From Schmidtea polychroa (Eukaryota): a stretch of DNA of 64,000 nucleotides. Of this stretch, positions 1-11,460 are shown piece after piece (the stretch's first letter is position 1; every line of letters begins with the position of its first letter). The translations under genes were made by a program, and so were the position numbers. Location: NCBI GenBank assembly GCA_044892525.1, contig CM097885.1, forward strand, positions 37,448,001 to 37,512,000, read 5' to 3'. Below the pieces are notes generated by a model. That model was not told the DNA's origin. It saw only the letters and a list, made by a program, of their open reading frames with translations, and made no database searches.

Positions 1-65
1 TTTAACATTAACTCCACGTTCTAACGGGGTTGGTGAAGCGAAGCGAACAGGGGCAAAGTCCCTAG
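1..65 (+). mobile_element. Helitron 3' terminus (element continues left of the window)
   Basis: ...GAAGCGAAGCGAACAGGGGCAAAGTCCCTAG|T: short GC hairpin (GGGGC-AAA-GTCCC) ending in CTAG at 62-65 followed by T, the typical 3' end pattern of invertebrate Helitrons. Confidence 0.6.
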
Positions 66-1167
66 TCTCTATTAAACTCCCAATTTTAGTTTTATGCTAG
101 GTAGCACCCGCGCCTTGAACAGGTTCAATTGGCTGTATGTACTTATTTTAAGGGTGTCGTGTCCGATTTACTGAAAGCGTTATGTTCTTACAGTATCCTG
201 TAAACCCCTTGTTGTCTTATTAGGCCTCCTTGTAGGGTGATCAACTTCTGTGGACTAATTTTTAATTAATCAATAATTTTTAAATTATTGCAAAAATATT
301 TTCATTAAGATATTTTAGGCTTATTGATTTCATTTTTAATCGTGAAAAATATCTAGTTTTTTCATTGAAAATTTGAAAATTTACCTGAAATTTTTCATTT
401 AAAAATAATTTTTAGTGTTTTTAGTGAGAAATAATACTTAGGCTTTTTTATTTAAAATTAATCTTAAAGCAAATAATTTAGGAAAAATAATTTGATTTTT
501 TCACTTGCAGTTTATGTTACCTACATTCATATTATAGTTTACAAATTATGTTACAGTAATATATTTATTAAATGTAATTATTTTGATTTTAACATTTATT
601 TTCATTTGACTTCAGGTGATGCATATAGCTTGCAGGCAAAGTTTTTCTAAGCTGCGCGATAACACGCCAAGACAAAACCTTGAACTTATCCACGCAGTGA
701 ACGCGAATTCATGAATTTCAGCGCATTATATCAACAGTAAACAACTCAGCGAACTTCTCAAGACAATCTAAAATGGTCCAACTACCTGCTGCATTCCATT
801 ATCCTTTTCGTCAGTCGTGTAATCTCTCGAAAATTGGACACACGTGGCTACGTGTCAAGGTGTAGTTTTGCAACTATAGCAGGATCTAATATATCATAAG
901 TAGCAGGGTTTTGGCCTTTGAAAGCCAATCACGATTTAAAATTTTAATTTTAGCTTTCAACCCTACTAATTTGATTATTTTTGAATTTGTGAATTTTATT
1001 ATTTTTGAATTTTAATATTTTTGAATTTGTGAAATTACTACAAAATTAAATTATTTCTATTAATAAATCTAAATTATATTTGATTTAATACAAATTATAC
1101 AAAAAATATTTCATTGGACTCTATATATAAATAGACATCTATAAATAGATATCACTTATACATGTAT

Positions 1168-1283
1168 GGAAAAGGGATAAAAAAATTTAACTTGACATAA
1201 AATTATTTGGTTACTTCGTCAACACCGTCAACTTGATTTCAAAATAATTTTACGTTAACGTAAAATTTTCTATCCCTTTTTCA
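1168..1283. repeat. Small imperfect inverted repeat (MITE-like)
   Basis: AAAAGGGATAAAAAAATTTAACTTGACATAAAATTATTT pairs imperfectly with AAATAATTTTACGTTAACGTAAAATTTTCTATCCCTTTT; arms about 40 bp. Confidence 0.35.
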
Positions 1284-1496
1284 CTGATATTATTTTAAAT
1301 CTATACATGGAGTGTTATAAAAATTAATAAATAGCTAACCTCTAATAATCAGTAATATTCCATAAATTCTATTTATAAACAGCAATTATTTATAATTCTC
1401 TTCCCACTGCCGTGCTTTAATTGATTTGATTGGTTACTGCATTAAAAAGTTTCAAAATGGTGTTCTTTTAAATGCATTCTTTTCCCATTGCAGTGT

Positions 1497-2569
1497 AAAA
1501 TGCCGTGTAATGCATACTTGTATTATCAAATTGAACTCAAAGACATAAAAGATAATGAAGACATAACTTTGGAAAATAATTTCTTTCCCAACTTGTTTTC
1601 AAGTATGAAATTACAAATTACATCTTATGATATTGAAACAATTAATAATCCTGGAGTATATTCTACAATGTTAAATTTAATATCAACAGGACAAGATTAC
1701 AAAAAACAATATGAACAAATTGTTGGTTGGATTGCTGATACAGAAAATTGTGATAATGATGTAGGGGGTATCGATGAAAATACAGGATATGTAGCAAGAA
1801 AAAAACTCAACAACAAAACAAAGAAATTTGAAGGATTTTTTGAATTAAAATATTTATTTGGATTTTTACAAGATTATAATAGAATCATTGATAATAAAAA
1901 ATTGAATTAATCTGTTGTAGAGATGTAAATGATAAAAAAAATATTTTATGGAGCAGTCAATAAAAATTAAAAACTTTGGAATTTCATATTCCTATATGGA
2001 GTTTGAACCCTAGAGCAGAAATAAAAATAATAGAAAGATTAAACACCAACAATTCTATAAATGTAAATTATTTGAATAGAAATTGTACAGTACTTGATTT
2101 GGGAGTTGAATAGCTTATAGACCTCAATATATTATAATAGGATTTAAAGATCAAGACATATCATTCCAAAAGAATAATAATTTATTCATTTAAAAAGTTG
2201 AGAATGCTTGTTTGAGATCAATTCAAATTCAATTAAATGGTTTTTATTATCCAATTAATGAAAATAAATTTAATGAAAAAATAATGACAATTTGTTTCCA
2301 TACAAAAATTATATTCAAATGTGTAGTACTTTTAAAACACCTTAACAAGTTATAAAGATTTAAAAAATTTATATTCAATATTTTGTATTGATGTTTCAGA
2401 ACAAGATAATGATTTGGCAATTAATAGTTTTAATGTAACTTTACATTTAAGGAAGGATCATGAATACAAAGCAAAATTATATTGTTTAACTTTAGAAGCA
2501 AAGAAAATAGAAATGAGATGAAATAATGGTTATATTTCATTAATTGAACGAGTCCGAGGAAATAATTGA
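1497..2569 (+). pseudogene. Polinton/Maverick (adintovirus-like) major capsid protein, frameshifted
   Basis: ORF 1488-1910 (NNFFPNLFSSMKLQI..IETINNPG..STMLNLIS..GW..NTGY..FELKYLFGFLQDYNRII) continues in shifted frames as IKTLEFHIPIWSLNP..RPQYIIIGF..IFCIDVSEQDNDLAINSFNVTLHL..KLYCLTLE. This motif series is characteristic of Polinton double-jelly-roll capsid proteins. Confidence 0.75.
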
Positions 2570-2599
2570 TTTTTTAAATATTATTTTTCAAAAATAAAA

Positions 2600-2715
2600 A
2601 TGGAACATGTATACAAAAATTATAAAAGGTACTGGCGTTGTAATATTTGTAATGTAATGACATAACAGCACAAGATAAATCAGATCATAAAAAACTGAAA
2701 AACATGTAAATAATA
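2600..2715 (+). pseudogene. Small C2H2 (U1-like) zinc-finger ORF within the Polinton relic, frameshifted
   Basis: MEHVYKNYKRYWRCNICNV then, in a shifted frame, DITAQDKSDHKKTEKH (CxxC...Hx5H). Confidence 0.45.
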
Positions 2716-2769
2716 CAACACATTAATCATGTTAATAATGAAAATTATAATCATGTTAATAAATACAAG

Positions 2770-3105
2770 ATGATAAAACCAAAAACACATCATCCTAGAT
2801 TTACTTTTGAAAAACCCTTTACTGGAGGTGACCTAGTATTTGCAAAAGCAATCCTAAAACCTTTTACAATTGAAAAATATCCAGGAGAAAGACATTTATT
2901 TTTTCACAACTATACTTGACCTAGAACGCACCTAGACATAAGATTAGATGAAAACAATATTCCAAAACCTGGAGAAGAACCTATTAATAGAGTTGAACAA
3001 GCAGCATTAAAACATGTTATAACTTATAGAAATCAAGATATAGGATCGAGACATGTAGCTGATTGTAGTGGATTGTTATATTTTTATTGTTTTTATTATT
3101 TATAA
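2770..3105 (+). pseudogene. Parvovirus-VP1-type phospholipase A2-like (PLA2X-like) gene of the Polinton relic
   Basis: Single frame: MIKPK..YPGERHLFFHNYT*PRTHLDIRLDENNIPKPGEEPINRVEQAALKHVITYRNQDIGSRHVAD. It matches the (Y)NYxGPGT Ca-loop, DxAAxxHDxxY and RxxAD pattern; TGA at 2917-2919 replaces Gly and HD has become HV. Confidence 0.65.
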
Positions 3106-3227
3106 CAAAATCTCAATTGGCGTTTTTTTGTTATGACAGTGTTTGTTTCAGAAATATCGAGGAAACGAAATGTTAAAAAAACTATATAGCGATAATTTAA
3201 TATAGTAAATTATCACTATAAAAACAT

Positions 3228-3695
3228 AAATAATACATTAGATACGAAATTTCAAAGTATGGATAATAAACAATAAAATTCCATCTATTCAACATTTTCC
3301 AAAAATCTTCTATTTAACCAGATTATTGTCACAAATTCTATCCCTATTTTACTGGACAGAAGAAGAAAGAATAATTCCAATTAAAACTATATGAAGTTTT
3401 AAAGTGGTGAATAATAAACAATAAATTTCAACCGACTCAACATTTACTAAAAATCTTCTATATAACGAGATTATTGTCCTGAATTCTATCCCTATTTTAC
3501 TTAACAGAAGACTAAAGGATAATCCCAATTCAAACTAAACGAAGTTTCAAAGTGGTGAATAATAAGCAATAAAATTCTACTTATCCAACATTTTCGAAAA
3601 ATACTCTAATTATAGCGCAATTACAATTTAGAATTCTACCACAATATTATTGAACAGAAGAAGAATAAACAATCTCAATCTAAACTAGACGAAAG
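3228..3695. repeat. 148-bp tandem repeat, about 3 diverged copies
   Basis: Anchor ATAATAA(A/G)CAATAAA starts at 3263, 3411 and 3559 (period exactly 148); shared TTCTATCCCTATTTTACT..ACAGAAGA blocks. Confidence 0.85.
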
Positions 3696-4069
3696 TAATA
3701 ATATTACGTATATTATACGATCCAGCGAATCGCTCCAGTCAAGGTATCACCGAAAATCCGTAAGGCTAATTAAGGTCCTTCAAAGTTGTAAAGTTGAATT
3801 TGTTATTTGTATTTTGTTAATCTGCAAACATCAGAAAACGCATTACCTCTAACAACACACTTTCACCCCAGCTGACCCGAGACCGTTTTTACAGGAGACT
3901 CAGCTGGGCTCTACAAATAGTCTAATCACAAATCAATAACAAAAAAATAATAATCAACATAATATAGTACACAAACAATAACACTGATGTTAATTTAATT
4001 CATGATTTGAACAAAATTTAAAATCCAACATCCAAAGAAAAATTTCAAAGATCTCTAGTTAAATTAGCA

Positions 4070-4680
4070 ATGAAAAGAAAGATCTTCGCAGGTTCAGGGC
4101 AACGCACAAGAAATACACCTGAAAGAAAAGAAGAAGAATTAGTTATTCCAAATGAATCTGAAATAAAATATGCTAATGAGCATCATGAATTTAGAAAAAA
4201 TATAAAGATTTTGCAAGTTAAAGTTTTTAATAAAGATGATATTTGGTTTGCTGATTTAGTTTTTAAGCCAACCAAGTCATCAGATCCTGAAAAATTCAAA
4301 ATAATTTTAACGGTTATAAATTTATATACAAGATTTGCTTTTGCAACATTTCTAGAAAACAAAACAGGATATTCTATTAGTAAAGTATTTGAAAATATAT
4401 TTGAACAATTTCAAAGAAGTCCAAAATATTTATGGACTGATAAAGGAACAGAATTTTACAACAAGATATTTGCAAGTTTTTTAAATGAAAATGATATAAA
4501 ATTATATTCAACAGAAAACGAAGGAAAAGCAGTAGAAGTTGAAAGATTAAATAGAACATTAAAAAATAAAATGTGGAAATATTTTACTGCTATTGGAAAA
4601 CAAAAATGGAATAATGAATTGCTACAAAAGTGGTTAACGAATATAATAATAGTGTATATGGTTCTATACAATCTACCTAT
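4070..4680 (+). pseudogene. Polinton/Maverick retroviral-type integrase, C-terminally truncated
   Basis: DDIWFADLV, LWTDKGTEFYN, YSTENEGKAVEVERLNRTLKNKMWKYFT: DDE triad present. Homology is lost after KWNNEL, and the rest of ORF 4070-5053 is read-through into unrelated DNA. Confidence 0.85.
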
Positions 4681-6149
4681 TCAACTATTAATATTGTTGG
4701 ATGATGAGGGAAGACGCATGACTACATTCAACCTCAATAAATATTATAGAACGGGGCCCAACAAGTACAGGGTTAATATTTACGCGGAGAACCCTGATAT
4801 TCCAAGGCGATCGCTCCATCAACAATCTATCAACATCAGTCAATCATGCAAACCATTAATCCAAAATAACAACCAAAAATACCCTTCAAATACCAAAGAC
4901 CAACTTCAATATGAACTAATCCTTAAACAATTTATTATATTGAAAATTGACAATTTATTGAACAATTCGATTGAACAATCTATTATCGTGCGATTATTTT
5001 ATTTTTATTTTAACGTATTATTTAATTTAACAATCATTCGACCTTTGAAATAATTATCATTGATGTGTGATTATTTAATTTTTATTGAATGGGATTTTAT
5101 TATAATTTTATTTTTACATGTAATAATATGTTATCATCATGACGAACGTCGGAAAAGACGAATTAAAATCGTTGGATTCCGGATATGAGTATCAGCAGAA
5201 GCTGGCTCGACAATTAGAGAAAATGGCAAAAACAGAAATTAAAAATAGTGAGATTAACACAGTAGTAAAACTGATATCACAAGTTGAAGATGATACAAAA
5301 TATCACAAAGACACACAGAAAATCCGAAAGAAACTAGGAGAGATTTTGTAAAGTTCGTGCAATATTGAGTGATTCATTCGAATTTTTAGGCTTTCGGTCA
5401 AATTTTGAGGTTTTAGTCATTTGAGCGATATGGCCAAAGTTTTTTTATTGGTGGTTTTAAGATATCTAAAATGGATGTAAGTGGTTGAAGTAGGAAGACT
5501 CCATTTGTGAAGTTTATAACGATGATACATATGTATTATATTAGGTTTTAGAAAGTTTAGGTTAGGTGGAGAAATCATAATATACATAAAATTTTAATTA
5601 ATTATAACAAACAAATAAAAAGATTATCGAATAGGCGGAATCCCTGCAAGGATTCCTACAATCACCCATTTGATAATTAAATATATCATTTGATTTGAGT
5701 ATTATTAAAATTTTATTATTATTATATTAAATTATTATTTTTAGTTTATAAATTATTAATTATTTAATTTTATTTTCGCTAAGGTAGTATTATTTTAGGA
5801 AACGTATTAAATTTAAAGGTTTAATATTTTGTTATTAGTAGATTTTAGAATAGAAAATACGTAGATAAATAAGCATAAAATAGTTTATTAATTATTTTTT
5901 TTTATTTTAATCAATCCAAAGGAGGCAATTTCAAAGATCGTTGTTTATTTAATATTGTTATTTTATTATTTAAGTATTTTGAGTATTGGTAAGATCAATT
6001 AGTTAGTTAATTTGGGATAAGTGAAATAGATGGAATAACATAGTATAACCATACTGTACAAGTAAATAGGATAAGATGCTTTGAAATACGTATATAAATA
6101 TATAATATGGGGTGATATTAATCTTTATAAGTGTGTTCACGATAGATGT

Positions 6150-7255
6150 TGTAGCTGCTAATTATCAGAGTTGAGCAAACTTTCCTTGACAGAATTTTTT
6201 TTCAGGTTATGAGAGTCCGATTTTACTAAGTACCTGGTCATTTTTATTATCCCATCATTAGTGCGGATATAGTCGTCTTAACACTAATGAACTTTTCCTA
6301 TTTCAATTGCGAGATTAGCATATTTTGCGAAGTTTTCATTTCATGCAGCTTTAAAATTTTCTCTATTTTCATAAGGCACTTTGATATCAAGTACGTGAGT
6401 AATATTGTTCCTAGAAAATCCAAAAAGCAGGTAAGGTTTAAGGGTAGTATTAACTCCCTGGGGGTCTTTTCAATATCTAAGTTAAAGTTGGGGATAAAAA
6501 AAAAGAAGGGATTCACAGACAATTTCAAGCACACGGGTATGTTTATTTCTACGCGCATTTATCTTAGTCGGACAGTGGTTGAAGATATGCACTTGGGTTT
6601 CAGGATGCGATTGACACTGCCGACAGAGGGTAGTTTTTATTCGATTTAAGCCTATGTGGACAAAGGTTTAGTTTTAAAAGGTTGTTGCGTCTTCGTATTA
6701 GGAATAGGTGTTGTGCATCAGTAAGAATGTCAGTTTTTATGCGAAAGTAAACAGTGCTACTATTAGTGATTGACTTAGCTATATGACCTTGACATACTAG
6801 TGATGACCATTTCTCTGCATGTATAAGGCCTATTATGGAGTGAAATTCAGAAGATCATTGAGGTTAAAAGTAGTAAAGTAATTAATGCGATCTTTATATT
6901 TTATTTCAAGATGGTAGGAGTCATCAAGAAAGAGAATTTTGGAGTATATTCCATATTTACGATGAAGGAGGTCGGCAGATTTTTTAAATTTTGAAAAGAT
7001 AGAGTGGGTAGGAAAAGATTTGGATGTTTCACCATTGAGCCAGGAGAGAGCGGCATCAAGGTTACCTTGGCCACGTGTCACAGTGAGTTCTAAGAGAACC
7101 AGATTACGGGAATCTAAATCAGAGTAGTTTAAGGCGCGAGTATTCGAGTAGAGAAATTAAGATGCAATAGAGGCATTCGTATAGCAAGGATTAACAAGAG
7201 GGAAGGTATTAACATCACTATTGATGATGATTCAAAATGCCATAGCGCGAGCAGA
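6150..7255 (-). mobile_element. Degenerate 3' half of an RLE-endonuclease non-LTR retrotransposon (R2 group, NeSL/R4/R5-like)
   Basis: Minus strand across frameshifts: EKWSSLVCQG..FLIRRRNNLL, CCHC knuckle CRQCQSHPETQVHIFNHC (6572-6625), then P(D)L..VLDIKVPYEN..AA*NENFAKYANLA, a PD-(D/E)xK restriction-like endonuclease pattern. Confidence 0.75.
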
Positions 7256-7398
7256 TGATAATTGACTTATAAATCGAGAAATATTTCAAATGGTTGAATT
7301 GGTGGATTAATATCTCTGGATGACGGCTAATAGATTCTGGGACGAGACCCAAAACCACGTTATGAAAATGTGGAAGAAGCAATGAATAACGGAAATCA

Positions 7399-7764
7399 AT
7401 GGGAAGAGATCATGAAATGGTATTTCGGAAGCTTTCAGCGAAAATCAAGCACAACAAAAAGAAAGCCAATTGTATCCTATCGAAGAAACAGAAAGGGAAG
7501 ATTTCAGTTGAAGGGTGGCACCGAGCATTCCAGCAGTGCGTGGATTGTCATCATCCGCCAATCTGTAAGATTATCGAGCACTTTCGAAAAGAACAAGACC
7601 ACGTAGAAATTGAATTACGTTTCAGAGATGGTATTCAACACCAAGTTGCAACCAAGACCAAATATATCCAGCTCACTCGTAGATTTGAGGCTATACTACC
7701 AATGTTTGGGAATATAACAAATGTGGATTACTTTAGAAGAGTTGCCAAAAATCTTGCAATATAA
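7399..7764 (+). pseudogene. MULE (Mutator-like) transposase remnant, mainly C-terminus
   Basis: VEGWHRAFQQCVDCHHPPICKIIEHFRKEQ..KYIQL..DYFRRVAKNL matches the MULE C-terminal (NN)xVEGWH motif region. Confidence 0.65.
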
Positions 7765-8951
7765 CAGATTATTGTAATTGTATTTTGAATATTAAAGTTT
7801 TGAATTTAAGAGTGGTTTTCAGATAATTTTGAATAAACGATAAAAATGTTTTTCAATTATATCAATTTTAATAACTAATTGTTGATAATGACTAGTTTAC
7901 GTTAACCCTACGATATGTTAGTGGTCCATTTAGTACAAAATCTTAATTAGATTTTAATAAGGGATTGTTGATCATGACTAGTTTACGTTTTATTTGATTT
8001 GAACTTTTTAGTACTTAGTATAACTTACTAGCTATAATCTATAATCATTTATAGCTTTTTGAAAAATTGTAACGTTCAGAACTTTTGTTTGTTCTCAAAT
8101 TCCTCATTAAATGATAATTACTACCTACATATTTCATAAGGGATCAGTGTCAATCTTATTATACCAAAAATAGAAATCACGTAAACATAAGTAAGAATGT
8201 TACTACAAAAAGTACGTATAACCTGTACCCGAAATCTTAGATTTGACCTTACCATTAACCTTGCTTCAAACTAACTATCCTCTCCTAAAGTACTGTTTTT
8301 TAGGCATACACAGCATACACGACCGCGTTGGGCCCCGAAAATTTAGGAGGCCAACCACCAGGTCACACAAAAAAAGGTCAGAAAAAAAATTCAATTTGGG
8401 ACCATCCATTTCAGATGTCCGGAAAAAGGGAAATATTTGATCCTCAGTCCACTCACTTCCGGACCCACCCCCTCCCCAGGAACGTTCAGAAAAAAATTGG
8501 ATTTTTCCCAACTTTAATACAAAATTGCTTGACGCATCACACAAAGATTTTGAGAATAAATATCAGAAACTTGAATTAATGAGCCACTGTCGATCTGTCA
8601 TCTCTGCTCCAAGGAGATGCCGGGGACTCCATGATGTGTAAGCCATTCAATGGCAGTTAATTAAAAGGTTTAAAAGGTGAAACACCAAAAGAAGTTATGT
8701 GTTATAGTTCTGAATTTAGAAATTTCTTAAATGAATTAGCTGATTGTGGGTGTCCTTCAGAAGTTCAACATGAATGTTTACTTATCAAACTTAAATTATA
8801 TAAACTTGGGCCATTCTTTCAACGAATGTCAAGCAAAATCTGGAATGAGAAAAACATATGTTTTAACAATTCTCCAGCAATTAGATCTTGTAAAGAACTC
8901 GTCATATCCGAAGTTCAAATAAGCAAATATGAGAGATTTTCTAAATATTAA

Positions 8952-9517
8952 TGTAAGACATGATTAGTTGCATCTACCTGTGGGTTTCCCCAGAGAACGA
9001 GGCCATCGATTATAAAGTAGCTAGGTTGAAGCCGCCTAATGATAATCAAGGGGATCTTGACATGACGAGTCCTCCCGATAAGCATATCATTTTAAGAAGA
9101 TGCACATAAATTCAATATAGGAAATCACAAGAGTTTCGTTATATAAACCCGAACAGTCAATTTCACTCACTGGATTTTCCTTAACGAATTGATACCATCA
9201 CTATTAAGTTCCCCGATTTGAGTCGTCAAATGAGTCGTCAACAGTGAGTTCTTTTCTGCTTGAGTGTTTGATTTTGTTTTTTGACTGCGTTTAAAACCTG
9301 AGGGTGGAAAGCATATTGTTCTATCTTTCGATCTAAATCCGTTTATAATCAGTAGATTAATGTCACTTCTTTTCCGTTGTAGGGAATATCTAATCTTTCG
9401 AGAGCAATCATGGGAAGTCTGACTAGCGGTCGGCAAAATCAATATTTGGTTTAGAATACTTGACCATCAGCCCCTGGTAGACAGAAAATGCGTGTTGACC
9501 TAGTCGGCACCCCAATA
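8952..9517 (+). mobile_element. Putative solo LTR
   Basis: Begins TGTAAG and ends GTCGGCACCCCAATA, like the ends of the LTR-like segments at 13399 and 15775; shares an ATC..CT.(G/T)TAGAC block with them. No TSD found. Confidence 0.4.
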
Positions 9518-9624
9518 ATATATTCAACTATTATTCAGCTTGGGGAAGAGGTACTGATGAAAAACTATAATTGCTACTTATAAGTTAAATATCTATGTTT
9601 AATTTGTATCAGTATGGACCTTGT

Positions 9625-9850
9625 TATGACTATTATCCAACTCGAGGGGGCGGGGGAGTCTTCGTGAAAAAATGTAAATTATATTTTTAAAAGATTGTTA
9701 GGTATATATGTAATCTAGTTTACCAATAATAACATTATTTTCGACTATTATACGACCTGTGAGAGGGGGTCTTTATGAAAAAATGTAAATTAAATTTTTA
9801 TAAGATTTCTATGTCTATAATTTGGACTATTATACAACTTGAGGTGGGAG
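9625..9850. repeat. Degenerate GACTATTATAC..GGGG..GAAAAAATGTAAATT repeat, 2-3 copies
   Basis: Units start near 9628, 9741 and 9826. Confidence 0.5.
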
Positions 9851-9974
9851 GTAGTTACGGTAAATTACATGTTAAATTATTACTGCAATTATGGTTTTCG
9901 GCGAATGTAGAGTTTGAGGGGGGTTATTTATAAATTAATACAAATCATACTTTTAAAAACTTAGTACGCACACA

Positions 9975-10079
9975 AGTTAGTAGTGACAAGTGAGGAATAT
10001 AAACCAAGCCAAATATCACGGGATATATAGTATTATGTAATATTTGTATGGGTACCCTATGGGGTGATACGATGTTACA
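9975..10079 (-). mobile_element. 5' fragment of an LTR family (TGTAAC..ACCCCATAGGGT) abutting the gag-pro relic
   Basis: Reverse complement aligns with 14938-15040 and 13768-13860 (CCCCATAGGGT..GGGATATTTGGCTTGGTTTATACTCCTCAC). Confidence 0.6.
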
Positions 10080-10994
10080 TTTTGCTGCGCACAAATTCGC
10101 GGTTTCAGTTTTTGTGTTTTTATATAGGTAATTCGGTAACAATGAAATTATTGAACCTGAATCAACAAGAAAATTAAGGTCATTGCTATGCACCGTGAAA
10201 CAATTGTCGGTGCTATCATTGGTGACTTTATATGTTTCCCGACTCTTCTTTGTCGAAGGTGCAGGGTTTGTTGCATTTGTATGCTTTATTCCCAAATTTA
10301 TTGTGGTAGTATCAATAGTTTTGGTTTTAGCATTTATTAGGGTTGTTCCAAGTTTTGTTTCTGTCGAAGCTGCTGCGGCTGCCAGATCTTGTATTTTGTC
10401 TGGGATAATTTTGTCTGTTTTCATAATATTGCGTTCTCCTGGATTCTCTTCTTTGTAATTCGGTTATCTCTTTTCTTAGATTTTTGTTTTCAATAATTAT
10501 TTCGTCGAATTTTGTTACCAGAGTTGAGAGAAGTTTGTTCGTTTCTGTAGTTTTTGAGCTATTGTGTACAGGTATGTTTTCGTTGTTTTTAAAAAATTTT
10601 TGTTTTGGCAAGTTCTATATATTGTCGGGTATATTTCGTCGTTGATTTTGTCTGCTATGTTTGCCAGAGTATCGAGGTCTGTACAGTTGCTGACAGCTAG
10701 AATCCGGCGTATTTCAGGTGGCATTGCGCGCATGAAAAGGTCTTTGATGAACTCTTTTGAACCGGTGCTTGTTATTTTTGGTTGCAAGTATTCGAGTTTT
10801 GCCTTTAAATGTAGCAGAAATTCAGACGGTTTGTCATTAACCAATTGGATATCTTTCAAACAAGATTCAAGTAGCTCACGTCTGTTTACTTTGTTCCGAT
10901 TTATTAAAGTATTGTATAAGTTTTCGAAAGGGTTCGCTATATAGTTTTTTAATTTTTTTAAAAAAATTTTTAAAATACAATCCTTATTAGACAA
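10080..10994 (-). pseudogene. Degenerate Ty3/Gypsy gag and protease
   Basis: DKPSEFLLHL..FIKDLFMRAMPPEIRRILAVSNCTDLDTLANIADKI (gag); YYHNKFGNKAYKCNKPC (C-terminal Cys/His motif); FLVDSGSIISLLP (aspartic protease). Several frameshifts. Confidence 0.8.
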
Positions 10995-11460
10995 TAAAAA
11001 AATATAGTATAACAGTTTATTACAAACAACAACAAAAATTACAACAACTTTAATAACATGAACAATGTCAATAGCAAGAATTACAACAAAAACTTAAACA
11101 GAAACAATGATAAAATGGTTCGAAATAATTCCAAGAAAATTAATGCAAACACGATAAAATGTAAGTATTTATATATATTTTTCAGTATTTAAAGGTCTTT
11201 TTACTGTAATATTTTCATTATAATTAAATTAATATTAATTTAAATATTATATTTAATTTTCATTTATTTTAGAAATTTGAATTTAATTTAATTTACTCAA
11301 AGTAAAAATTAAAACAATTTTTAATTTATGAAAATAATTTATTAGATAATAATAATTTATGATTTTATTTAAATTTAATTATTTCATTTAATCAATTTAA
11401 ATTTATCAATAAAAATATTTAAATGCAATATTTTTAATTAAATTATAATGTAAACCATAA

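Noticed and set aside
4681-5053. C-terminal extension of the integrase ORF as a novel domain
   Set aside because: Integrase homology ends near 4650; the rest is low-complexity read-through into unrelated sequence.
5139-5351. 70-aa ORF MTNVGKDELK..
   Set aside because: Reads like protein, but no recognisable motif, splice context or family; cannot be supported without a search.
8697-8951. 84-aa ORF with several Cys
   Set aside because: TGT/ATG context and composition give no recognisable domain; probably a repeat fragment.
9550-9600. Hammerhead ribozyme at CTGATGA
   Set aside because: No flanking stems or properly placed GAAA; the other CTGATGA hits lie inside transposase coding sequence.
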